From assembly GCA_964187785.1 (NCBI GenBank), contig OZ076412.1, positions 17,608,001 through 17,672,000 on the forward strand: a stretch of DNA of 64,000 nt. The letters run 5' to 3'. Under the pieces are notes generated by a model. That model was not told the DNA's origin, searched no databases, and saw only the letters and a list, made by a program, of their open reading frames with translations. Of this stretch, positions 26,308 to 38,603 are shown one piece after another (positions within the stretch are counted from its first letter, which is position 1; each line of letters begins with the position of its first letter). The position numbers were made by a program, and so were the translations under genes. Origin of the DNA: Amphiscolops sp. MND2022. Taxonomy: Eukaryota.

Positions 26308-26801
26308 TGTAGCAACCCCACTTGTAGCAACCGAAGGGCAGTGCGAGTGACTTAGCATACGCCCAAGGAGCAAAGCGTGATTTGTTCAATTTTTCAACGT
26401 AAAACTTCTCAAGGGTGTCAAAACTTTTCTGTTCGTTCCAACCGCCTAGCCACTGGCTGGACAAAACGTAGATTTGTGTGAGATAGTTTTCATAGCCCTC
26501 AGTATTAGTACTTCAAAAACAACGTATTTTGCTTCCATAGAAAAACTGGTGGAGAAGCGCAAACTTTTTGTTTAATTAGCGGTGGTTAGCACTCCTGCAT
26601 GTAATCTAGAGCCTATAGTTTGTGGGTTACCTATTTTCGATTTAGAACCTAGAAAGTAAACATGAACTGCAAGCTCCAGAATGTGATGGTACCATAGTTT
26701 AGTTTGGGTATTAAAAAGTGTAATACCCAGACTTCTTTTTAATTTTCTTCAACTAAAACTTTCTAAAGGGAAAGAGTAAGTGAGCTACAAAAACAGCTAC
26801 A
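26308..26801 (+). repeat. Putative 5' LTR of the giant Gypsy element
   Basis: TGTAGC (26308, repeated at 26323) ... GCTACA (ending 26789 and 26801) inverted termini just upstream of the gag-like region. No clear tRNA PBS and no partner copy, so tentative. Confidence 0.35.
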
Positions 26802-26873
26802 AAAAAGTGGATCATTTTGAAAAGTGAAAATCAGAGTGAGTGAAAATCAATGAATTGAAGTGAAAGCGATTAT

Positions 26874-29300
26874 TTGGTACCTTTGAATGAGTGGTCCAGG
26901 GAATCCAATGGTTTTCATGCCACCAATAAATTCGCGAGCAAAGTAGAGGAATTATACAGGCTTAGGACACGTGCCGAAGCAGCAATAGAAGACGTGGTCA
27001 CAAACATGTTTTTATACGACGTCATGTCAGATAACGTATCTAACGCCGAACAAAACTCGCGAATCGCGCACGCCAGCCAACCAAATTCCTCTAAGGCATC
27101 TTCGGATAGTGCCGACTCCACCAATGGCACTCCCAAGACGTATGGCATCCTCTGAATACCTCCGTGATTGCTTTAGGGGATTGGCCAAATTGAAATAGAG
27201 GACGAGCTACCAGCTCGAACACCAACCAATGGGTAGCAAACGTGAATGTTGGCATGAATCCAGGAGAGATTACGCCACAAGTGAGGGTAGGAGCGGACCC
27301 GCTGGGTTCCGGAGTTCCAGGGTTTAGCGCGAGTAGAAGCATGTTCGCTGGCACCGCAGGTACTACTTCAGGAAATCAGGTGGGATAGCGGAAGACGAGA
27401 AAAGGAGTAAACCTCCAGAACTATACCTTCACCACACCGCCATTGCTGGGTCCCAGCGCGCTACGACTAGATCGCACGGCAACTTCCCTACATTTCGGCT
27501 CAGATAGCGTAGCGTCTCCAAATTCGACCATCCCAAGAGGCATTAAGGAGACTGAAGTCATGAAGGAAGACTTTGGACGGAGCATGGTCCGGTTGAAACA
27601 AGTACAGGCAAAGCTAACTCAAGAAGAAAATAGCGATTATGCTCAGAGAGCTGAAACCTTAATGAGTGAAATGGAGCAACTGAGGAGAGCAATGATTGAA
27701 ATAAAAGCGGATGGACGAGTCCACCAAGACAAGCTAGAATCGTCAATTGCGCGTCAATCAACGATCTAATTAGACAAAGGGAAGGTCTGACCGACAAGAG
27801 CATGTCGGAAATAACAACGATAATGGCGCAGAGAGATCGACAAGCTGATGAGCGTCTGAAGCTCATGTTCGAAACGATGGATGACTACAGTTCAAGGTTT
27901 AACCCTAGGTGTAAAATCTGTAGCGGCGACGGTACAAAGTCGTCCTTCTCCTGTGCTGGTGGCACTGCACCCTGCGAGCATATCATTTACAAGCGCATCT
28001 CTACCCCAGCAACCCACCTATAAAGAAGTAGCTCAACGCCAGAGCGGATCAAAACCCGACCAGACGAAACAGCCAAAGTTGCAAACACCAGCAACGTACA
28101 AGAGGATACCCGTAAAAGCTCAAGTCGCAACAGCTAGTCACACCGAGTTGCAAGGTTGTGAAATATCCGGCCCTCCTTCATTTGATCCATATGATAGAGG
28201 TGCCTCAACAACTGGAGATTACTACTCGGCGGCCAGTGGCCTAATGACGGGGAACACGAGGACTACAAAAGGGGACACCGAGTACCAAACTGCTGCCTCG
28301 TCGAACCCGAACACGAAAAACCCAACGTTGTTCACCAGCCAGGAACAACTGAGACCGTTGGCCTCCAGCACGCAAAGGAAAACCACCTCGAAAAGAAGCT
28401 TAAACCTAGAGACGGTGGAAGAAAGTGCAAAGGACAACGTTCCGAACGCAATACACGTCAAACAATAGCTGAAGCAATAACCACCGCGATGTCCAAAGGT
28501 CTGGAACTGCTGCTAGCGGCAAAAACAACCAAAAACAAACCAACCAATTACAGCGGTACGCGTGATGGGATAGTAGATGGTTGGTTCATGCTCATGAAAC
28601 GCTATCTGGAGGAAGCACACGCGAAGGATACTCCATTAGACAGAGCATGGACCATCGTTGAATTCCTAGAAAACGAGGCACGAGACTACATTACCAACAA
28701 ATCTGAGGCCGAACGCGACACGGACGAAAAAGTTTTTGCGTTGCGAGCGCGGCGATTCGGCATAGGATCCAACAAGATCCAAAGACAACAACAATTCCGC
28801 ACTCGCAATCAATCCAATGATGTAGACTACATGCGATATCTCGATGTTCTCGGAGGTTTGCGCAGCCAAAGTTTCCCTAACGAGGAGGTGACAGTAAGGC
28901 GCTATGAAGTCATGCAGAGATTCACCGACGGGATACACAGCTTCGAGTCGAAGCGAAACCTTGCACTCATGTACGCACAAGTGCAATACGTGGATACACC
29001 TCCAGTAGTGGAAGCACTACGATTCATGGTACAAAAGTACTTGCGTATGCGTGGCCCTACCTGCGCCGAAAATTATCCAGCACCCCAGCATCAACAACAA
29101 CTCGTACTTGCAGGTCAACAAAACCAGAAACCGGCGGCGGCTCCCCAAGCCCCCAACGTACAGCAACCTCCACAGCAGCATGCAGCTTACAGACAGCAAC
29201 CGCAGCGAGCATGTTTCAACTGTGGTGAACCATAGCATTTTGTGATTGATTGCCCTCTGAAAAACCGAGCACGCAAACCGGTACAACAAGCAGTCAACTC
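26874..29300 (+). pseudogene. gag: gag (long disordered N-terminus, capsid-like domain, CCHC knuckle)
   Basis: 28489-29235 encodes KPTNYSG...DGWFMLMKRYL...LENEARDY (retrotransposon capsid MHR-like) and CFNCGEP*HFVIDC (CX2CX4HX4C with an internal stop). The upstream part is broken into several frames. Confidence 0.8.
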
Positions 29301-29548
29301 ATGTCGTATGAACACAGCCGGTGAATGGATTTGCCCTTCGAACCCTCAGGGCATGAATAATGATGTTGTACCTGCGGCACTACCAGAAAAGGAACAACGA
29401 CATTCTGCGTCAATTGCACTCGTGCAGTAAGAGAAAAACAAGTGAAAGCGGTGTGGAACGCTCCTCTCACGAACTCCGCGGACTTTGCTGACGCTGATGA
29501 TCAAATACGAGTATCTCGACGTCAGAAGAAGGAGGTCCCTCACGCCCG

Positions 29549-30320
29549 GTGATCGTGACTTGTGGCGAAAAACAAATCTTGACAACGCTGGAAGCCCCAG
29601 CACCAGACTGTACTGAAACACTGATTTTTTTTCACTTACTTTGGTCGGCAGAACAAAAGGCGCGTCCAAGCCTCACATTGGCACAACTCAAGGAGGAGCT
29701 CTGCCGTAACACTAATCTCACTATAGCCTCGGGGCCACTTCCCCATTTCACTAGAGAAGATCAGACCAAGCTAACTCAGATGGAGAAGTTCAAAACAATT
29801 GCGGCAGTTCCCATTGCAATCACGGTTGACGGTGTCGACATGAGGTTCGACGCGATTGTTGTCCTGGAAGGACACTTCCCGCAAAGATTATATTTGGGCA
29901 GACAAGAACTGCGCTGCTACAACACCGGAGTGCAGGATGCACAAGGGGAGGCCCAGATTGATGAAAAAGCCTCGCTAATATTGGCATTCGGAACAGTTGA
30001 ACTCCTTTGCAAAAGCCGATACCGATTTTCGGCATGATAGACACTGGTTCGGGAATCTCCATTCTTTCACTGATTGCCTATAAGAAACTCGCATCTCCAC
30101 ATGAGCTGAGTTTGTCATCATATGACATTGAGCTCTTTCGCTGCCAATAGTAAAAGCATCACTACCGTTGGTAAAGCAGAGGACGTAAAAACTTTGAGAT
30201 TGACGGACACACTCTGAAGACCAACTTCGTAGTCTTAGCCGACCATATTGGTTCAGAAGACTTCCTTCTGGGTAAAAACTTCCTGCGCACATACAACGTG
30301 CTGGTGAACCTAACGGCCAT
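29549..30320 (+). pseudogene. Aspartic protease region: protease-like repeat followed by a DTG protease
   Basis: MIDTGSGISILS at 30034-30069 and FVVLADHIGSEDFLLGKNFLRTYN at ~30226-30297. An upstream similar unit APDCTETLI ... IVVLEGHFPQRLYLGRQELRCYN lies at 29600-29925. Frameshifted. Confidence 0.75.
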
Positions 30321-31064
30321 GAACGTAACCATTGGAGACCCCAAAACGCCCAGAATCTTCAAAGCTGTCCATGAGGTGAGTGACAAAGAACCATCATTTG
30401 TAGAGGAAGTGGTCTTAGGAACTTTCGAATGAAACATTTTTCGCGCAAAAGTCATAACGCAACAACCTAACGGGTTTCATTTTTGCAAGGTAATGGTTCA
30501 CTCTTATAGCATGAAATCCAACTCAGTATTTGTTTCAGAAGATACACTAACTTCCGTGGGAGAAGGATGTATAAATTTCTTAGCCTTGCGAGAAAAAAGT
30601 GATAAAGAGCGGGTAAGTATTGAGGAACAAACTGTAAATGGCAAAGCGGCACTTACCACTTTTGTATTGAATTCTGTTCCATGCAAAATAAATGTGAAGC
30701 TTCGCAACTTTTGGTTGAATTTGTAAATCAAGTGCATAGAGACATTCATATGGACAATAGTTCAGAATTTACTTCCTTTGCACAGAACATCTTGTCTTCA
30801 CCTGAGCTGTCAGATATAGATCTATCAGAAAACGACAAACAGAAAAGGACAGATCCGCAAGTGCTGAAAGCAATTCCCGGCCTTGCCCCCTCTTCGATCC
30901 TTTCTTCTTGGGGGGAAGAGGAGAGAAACAAGCTACAGACCATTTTAAAAGAGTACGAAGATATATTCAGGAAAATAAATCTGACATTGGCAAATGTAAA
31001 ATTGCGAAACATAGCATAAAGATAGAACCGGAGTCTGTGGCCGCACCGAGAAGAAGCTAGACGA

Positions 31065-31860
31065 ATGTCCCCTGACAGAGCAGCGAAAGCCAATCAGGAA
31101 GTACAGAACCTACTGGCCCTCGGTCTGATACAACCTTCATACTCGCCGTGGGCTAGTGGGATACTCATGGTAAAAAAGAAATCAGGCGAACTTAGCTTTT
31201 GTTGTGACTTTCGCCCGCTTAACGATGTAACATTGAAGGACGCGTTTCTATTGCCCAGAACAGACGAGAGCCCCTCGAGAATTGCGAACGCAAAAATCTT
31301 TACGAGCATTGATTTGGCTTGGGCCTTTTGGCAGATTCCGCTGAAAAAGCGTGATCGCAGGAAGACCGCGTTCGCATGCGAGCTTGGTCTGTTCGAATGG
31401 CGGCGCGTGCCCTTTGGACTATGCAATGCATCGGCCACATTCCAGTGATCAATCACGAGAGCTCTTCGGAACATTCAACAACGACATGGAAGTGTTGTCA
31501 TGGCGTAGAGTGACGACATCGTAAATGCGACAAATACCGTCGAAAACCACCTGGTGAGAATCAAGGAAGTGTTTGAGTGTCTCAGAGAGGCAGGTTTTGA
31601 TATGCGAGCCGAGAAATGTGATATCATGCGCACCGAAACCAAGTGACTTGCACGAGTAGTCTCTGCCGAAGGCATAAAGCCAGACCCGGCAGCCATTAGC
31701 AAGATCCAGAAATGGATGCCCCCGAGGAATAAAGAGGAGCTGCAGAGCTTCGTCGGATTCGCTAACTACTACCGTAACTTTACTCACTTTCACGCTGCTA
31801 AGGATTAACCTATGAAGGAACTATTCAGGAAGAACCAATATTTTTACTGGAATTAGAAGC
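31065..31860 (+). pseudogene. pol: Reverse transcriptase (Gypsy), inactivated
   Basis: SPWASGILMVKKK, FCCDFRPLN, IDLAWAFWQIPL, KTAF, PFGLCNASATFQ. The YxDD motif is destroyed (A*SDD) and further stops follow. Confidence 0.9.
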
Positions 31861-31880
31861 ATCAGGAAGCGTTTGATTCA

Positions 31881-34178
31881 GTGAAACATGCTTTAGCCGA
31901 CGCCACAGCTTTGGCAGCTCCTAACGAAGAACGATGTTTTGTTTTGGAAACGGATGCCAGTGAAGTAGCCATAGCCAGAATCCTACATCAAGATCAGGAG
32001 TATAATGGAAAAACCGTCCTTTGTCCTATTGTTTATGGTAGCAAATCACTGACTCGAACACAACTGAATTATGGTGCCCCAAAACTAGAGATGTACGCAG
32101 TGTTTTATTTTATTGAAAAACTCCTTTCGTACCTTGCAGGTCGAGAATTCACGCGGCGCGTGGAAAACCAAGCCCTCTCATTGCTGAAGACATACTCAAT
32201 GGATCAAGACATGATTGGACGCTGGATTGCACACCTCGATCAATATCACTTCAAGACGGTCCATCGATCACGCACGCAACACAGAAATGCAATGCAGACG
32301 GTCTCAGCAAAAGGACCAATAATGACGTGCACAGGGAAAAGATTGTGGAGACTCTCCCGGAAGTGAACAAGGGATTCAGCTTCATGTCCCAGAACGACTA
32401 CGAGAACCTCCCCGTCGTGCCATACATTGACAAGCATGGAAAGTTCATTCCGAATCACCCTGAATTTCCGGAGGAAGCTCGAGCGCAATTCCCTGTGCTC
32501 TATATCTTGAAGAAGCGACCAAAGGAAGAATCAACCTCAGATCAACCTATGAATTCCACCCCATGGTACCCAGAGCTGCAATGGGAGACAACTCCAACAT
32601 CAACCGAAAATGACAGACCAAATCGTATCTTGAGTGTAACAACCAAAGTGCCGCCGGCACGTCTCGACACCGCTAAACGCGACCCAGCGCACTTGTTGCC
32701 TACGCACTGTCAAGAGCAAGCTGAAGTCCTCAGACTAATTGGAACTGAGCTGTACGAGCATCAATCGACAATGCGTGGCCTGAAGGACCTACATCTAGCT
32801 CAAAACCTTCTAGCGCTGAAAATGCTCATGAAGAACGAACTACTGGATGACGTCTTGTTCCCAGAAGACGTGCAGGACTGCGCCAAGCGATACTATCATC
32901 AAAAGAAAGATTTACTGTTCCTGAACCAGAATGACATTTTATGTGTCAATTACATCCAGCAGCAACGCGCAATGCACGTACGGCCGTGTATGATCGTCAT
33001 GCCCCAGTTGTACCAACACGAGATTCCGTACAGAGCGCATGATGAGACAGGACACCAAGGCGTTGGTAAAGTGTTGGCAAGAATACAAGAGCGCCACACC
33101 TGGCCAGGAATCAAGCGTGATGTAGTCAACCACATTAAGCACAGCTTAATATGTCAACAGACAAAACATCCCGCTGGGGATCCATGCTACCTTCTACAAA
33201 GTATCAACAGTAGCAACTTCAGTGCATTTCGATCGATTGAAACTGTGCAAGACAACATCGGGAAACAACGGACTGTTAGTCATCGTCGCCCATTCCACAA
33301 ATTTTTCAGAGGCCGTCCCATGTGCATAAGATGAATACGATGCCCAGACCACTGCAAAGATTATCCTGAACAAGTGGTTTGCAAGACATGGCTCTCCTGC
33401 CAGAATGCAATCCGGCAATGCCACGAACTTTATTGCAGCAATTGCACAAGAACTGATGAAAGCCTGACTTGTAACCAAAATAACATCTACTCCAGCCCAC
33501 CCGAGAGACAATGGTTTGGTAGAACGCCAGAATCGAACATTGCTAGCCTTGCTTCGAGTTTACACATCTCGCAGGTTGTTGGACTGGGATGAACGCATAA
33601 ATAGAGACTTGGGTGCCTACAATTCAACCAGACATGCAACAACCAGACTTTCTCCGTACATGCTCCAACATGGAGCAGAAAAGTCCTTTCCACTCTCGTT
33701 CATATACCCCGATTTCGCAGCAGGAGAATTCGAATCTAAAGAAGAATTCGTAGAGCACCTGCTTGCTAGACAGCAAGAAATCCATGAGCTTGTTCGTAGG
33801 AATACACCTCAGGCGCAAGTACGACAAAAACAGAAGTTTGACAAGCATTTGAAAGCAAAGGCTCACGCCGTGGGTGTTGCCGTTTGGGTTTTTTGTCACA
33901 TAATTCCCAAGGTTGGTACCCGCAAACTTCTTCGTGCCTGGCGTGGACCTCACAAGGTCACTGATGTACTCCAAGATAGAAGAGTATACGTTTTGGATAC
34001 CGGCCAAAAAGTTCATTTCGAGAGCCTGAAGAGACATGTGCCTGTGCCGTGGGATTGGGCATCACATCGACCCTTCGGGTTGGACCAGAATGTAGCCATC
34101 ATCGCAGATCCCAACGTGAAAGATAATAATGAAGAGATAACATCAGACATATCACGTGACTCATTCCTTCTTGAATAA
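31881..34178 (+). pseudogene. pol: RNase H and integrase, copy 1
   Basis: LETDASEVAIA, PIVYGSKSL, EMYAVFYF, ENQAL (RNase H). AHDETGHQGV...C..C (HHCC), VERQNRTLL (core E), YNSTRHATT and WRGPHKV (GPY/F). Confidence 0.9.
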
Positions 34179-34633
34179 CTGCCGGAGGCATCATTCGAAA
34201 TGGAACCAACCGAGCCTGTCCCACCCCGCACATTTCAAACGTGCACTCAAACGGCTTTAGAACAAAGAAATGCACGTAGGCGGATCAGCCACTTTGGATA
34301 CCCACCTGATACCCAATCTGATCACGAACCAATTGAACAACCAGAGGAAGAAATACAGCAACCAGTTCTCTTTCCCGAACTAGACAGTTTGGAACCATTG
34401 TTTTCGGACCAAGAGGAAATCCTGCGCGAACAGACCACACACTCGATCAAGAGGTAGAATGAGAACCAGAACACGATCTAGAACTCTAGAGCGTGCAATG
34501 ACGTTACCCAACATACCCGAGAGCATGTCACTAGATCAACAGGGTGCAGAGCGAACAACTCCTTCACAACCACCGCCTTAACAGCTACGAAGTAATAGAA
34601 CACCACGATAAAGGTGTGTAGTACTGTAGTTGC

Positions 34634-35981
34634 GTGAACCTAGTTGAAGTAAGAACACCGGTCAAGCGATTGGCCCGGGGAACGGATGCTCCTGTCCCGA
34701 AGTTGATTATCCCAGAAACTTCAGACAACTATTCACAACATGAACTTCTTACTATTCAAGCCAAACACCAGGAGACCCCACTAGTACATCATGTAGTGAC
34801 AACGATAGAGAAAACGTACTCGAATGTAGAACCACGGATTCTCCCGCCATTAGATACCACGTTGAAGGGAATGCACGAAACATCCCCTACAGACTGCCCT
34901 ACCTACCATTTCAAAGAGTGGACCTGGCACGACAAGAGCGGATTAGAATTTACATTAGCCGCCCTTATTCCCTCACTTCCACCATCGATAGTGTTGGGAA
35001 AAGTAGAGCCAGAAGACACAAAAGTAGCCATGAAACTCTGTATTACCGCGAACCAACTATGGCAACAATATGGTGTGACTTCCCCTCTTGGAGATGAATA
35101 TCACCCAACTACTGGTTGGTGGCTACTAGTCACCTCCCTAGACGAAACATCACCAGTGAATCCCGAAACTCCGTTGACTTGCCTGGAAAATCTACGTACA
35201 CTCGTAGAGTTTGAATTCACCCTCTGTTTCCATCTGGCAAACATATATCGCGGAAAATTTCTTATTCAACATTGGTCACAGCTACTAGCTGTCACTTTCT
35301 ATAAGCAAAATTTCCCTTATTGGATAAACACATTATATGTTCTAAGATACGTGACCGTGCTAGAAGCACTCTCCGTAGTCCACGATTGGTCTTATACGAA
35401 CATGGACAACCGACAGCAACGCAACGCCGAACAGTATGGCAAGACCGCAAAGCCATACTGGAACCCATCGCGCCAATTCAAGACAATCAATTCACCCTCA
35501 CTGGACAATTGTTAACAACGCATCCCAAGGTCAATCCGAACTACTTACCGTGGATAACCTACGACGAAACTGATTCCTGCAAGCACGTGGTACCGTGGTT
35601 GTGTGCTGTCCAGCGGACCTTATTTCATACTCAGCGATGACGTGCTACGTCATCAGTGAATACGGACTAGAATAGACCTTTAAAGTAAGACCAGTCGTTG
35701 GAAAGGCGGTGCACCTAGTCAAGTCACCAAATGCCCCATGGAACAATAACATTTATCTGTTATTTACCAGAGCCTCCAGCAAGCATCCCATGCTGCATGA
35801 TGTATTACAATTATGTCTGCCAGATCTAGTACAAAAGCTCACTCAAGCTCGCACCATACAAGTTCGCTTCCCTATCTATGATCCCGAAAGGTCAATCAAC
35901 ATACTACCAGCTTGGTATTCAATGTTGAGAGATCATTTAATCGAGTCAAACATCGACATCGTTCTCCACGACAGAGTCTAG
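34634..35981 (+). pseudogene. Accessory ORF3, copy 1: tandem macrodomain-like (TARG1/OARD1-type fold) protein, frameshifted
   Basis: Joined frames give WITYDETD-LQARGTVVVCCPADLISYSAMTCYVISEYGLE*TFKVRPVVGKAVHL...NNIYLLFTRASSKHPMLHDVLQLCLPDL...VRFPIY...WYSMLRDHLIESNIDIVLH, which aligns by eye with TARG1. A more diverged unit precedes it. Confidence 0.6.
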
Positions 35982-36243
35982 TGTCGATCGCATCAGTAAA
36001 CGCAAACCACAGAGACCCGAAGCACAAATTGGATTGAGCACCAACAATTCCAATAAATGTCACTTCTGGAGGCAAATCGCCTTCTTTGACGCATGTGTCG
36101 TTTTAACTAATACCGGAAATGAATTTTAAAGCGGACTGTTGCGTTCGATTCACGAAAATTCTTCCAAGAAAAAAATGGACTGCATCTAACTTGAATTCAC
36201 CTATAGAATGTTTTAACCCAAAATTGATGTGTGTTTATTTTCA

Positions 36244-38445
36244 GTTCAGTCATGTCCTCTCCTTACTAAGCGATATTCCGTCACATTTCATCTTTGCTGT
36301 CACTCAATAAAAGTTGCAATTTGAAGGTGCAACCATTGTTACATATGGATTAATGCTCTATCCAACTCACTGGCCAGCACCAGTCACGATGAACAGACTA
36401 GAGCTCCAGGAGCAGCTGGCCAGAACATCCATTGTCCTCGCTGCCTGTCGAAGATGTACACGGTAAAGTAGACCAGCTTGGTCTTGTCCAATCGCAACTT
36501 CAATCCGGCGCTTCACCGATCCTCGTCACCGGGACGGCAATGCTCATTGTCCAGATGCAATCGCTGGAAGCGCATCCAGACTTTGTTCTATCCTTTTCAG
36601 TAGGAATCGGATCCTTCCGCCGAACTGCGGAACTTAGCAATGGAGCTTGGCATGGACATGACCTCACTCACCACTTTGATGATCATCGATCGCACTTAAC
36701 GTATGCTGAGCCTGCTAGGCCTCCCATGGAACAGCAACGACCGCTACAGCTCTCATCGACACAGAATCAGCGGAAGAGAATCCGATGACGAACGAGAGAC
36801 TAAGAACCATAGCAATGCGAAACCCTTACGACGTACCAATGACGAAGAGTTTGATTGAGGTCCCAGATTGGTACAATGCCTAAATGCCTTCGACGTCAGC
36901 GGACCCGCGACATCTAATTGGATTCCAGGCCAACACGGAGCTGCAAGAACAACAGAAGGAACAGCAAAAGCCAGAAAAACAAGCGGCAAACGCGCCGATA
37001 GACTTAAGAGACGTGTTGAATAGGAAGGAACAGAAGAACAAACTAGAGCGAGCAATTGGTCCAAAAAAGAGAATCAGAGAATTTGCGAATTCAGATGCTG
37101 CTAGCTTAAGCCCAAACCCGTCCCCCGTGCAACAGCCGGAGGCTAGAAGAGTGAGGTTTTCCGGAGAGCTCCAATCGCAGACGAAGACACGACAGTATGA
37201 CATTACTGCCAGAGACGCGGTGCGTCTGCAGCGGGAAGTGCAATCGGGAAATCTAGACCCAGGTTTGGATATTCAAAAATTCGAGACTGTCACAAGCAGA
37301 GGAGAACCGGAGAATGTAAAGACATTAGACAAGGCCTCAGTCGGAATGCATTAACTCAGGCCCGTGAAAAAGCCGACATTGTTATTGGATCGCATTCCCC
37401 CATGGTTCGAGAGAGTGAAAGAAGATCTACACAAGGATAAATCTCCATTTGTGAAAATACTACCATCGAAGGTAAAGTTAGGAACACAGCGACCAGCCAG
37501 ATATGTCGAGCAACTGCTGCAAAGCAGAAACTTTAAAAGGAATCTGACTACGCTACTTCCAATGGGAATAGAAATTCTTCAGAAAACAAGAATCGCCTTG
37601 TTCATAGACTCAACTATGAAGGCAACGTCAAACATGAGTAATACACTGATGGAGGTTCGGGTGATGAACCTGCCTTGCTCTTCACTGGAGGATATGGCCG
37701 AGGTGACCTGTAAAGTCATTGGCTCCTCTGCCAATCCCGCCGAGACGATTCCATTCCCACCATTACTGATATACAGCAATGTAATCGACCACTTAGCCCT
37801 CCGAGGAACCTTGAAATATCTCGAAGGAGGAAAGACGAATGACCGAGAAGTGATGACCGGCGAAGTCGTATCATACATCGAAGCAATGAGAAGCGTGATT
37901 CGCCCAGTGGAAAGAAAGAAGCCCACGGCAGGCATAATATTTGTATCGCCTGGGTACGTATACCTCCCAAAACCACTGCAAGAGTTCCACTACCTAACAG
38001 GCTTACACCGGATATGAGGGCAACTCACAGCTATTAGTTGACGAAGCAACCGCCTTCGATTTTGAAAAGCAAAAGGCACATCGTACATTTGACGAGAATG
38101 GCGTGCGCCAGGTCAAAGAGCCGAACGAAGCAGAAAAAACCAAAATGATAGACAACCTGTGATTTGAAAATAGAGATGAGACGAACCAGGCCGAGAAGAT
38201 ACATGACGCGAAGGTCCACAAAGAGCCGCTAGCTAACTTCAAGAGGACTGCAGAGAAAAAGCAAACTCGCACAGACACCAGCGCCTTTCCTGTGGCTACA
38301 CTAGTTGTAGACTGCCAACCCAACATGGTCTCCCCTACCCTGGTGCTACTAACAGTCCTTGCCCGGAAAGTAGCACGAGAAAGACGAGCTAATCCTGAAC
38401 ACTCGTACCAGAGTTGGTACGAAGTATTGCAAGACACCCTGGCAC
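36244..38445 (+). pseudogene. Accessory ORF4, copy 1 (SGNH-like), truncated by the duplication junction
   Basis: Paralogous to 43287-45618; private stops at ~36881 and ~37352 and a 130-bp deletion at 37993. Confidence 0.6.
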
Positions 38446-38603
38446 CGAGGAATAAAGAGGAGCTGCAGAGCTTCGTCGGATTCTCTAACTACTACCGATA
38501 CTTTACTCACTTTCACGCTGCTAAGGAACAACCTATGCAGGAACTATTGAGGAAGAACCAATATTTTTACTGGAGTTAGAAGCATCAGGAAGCGTTTGAT
38601 TCA

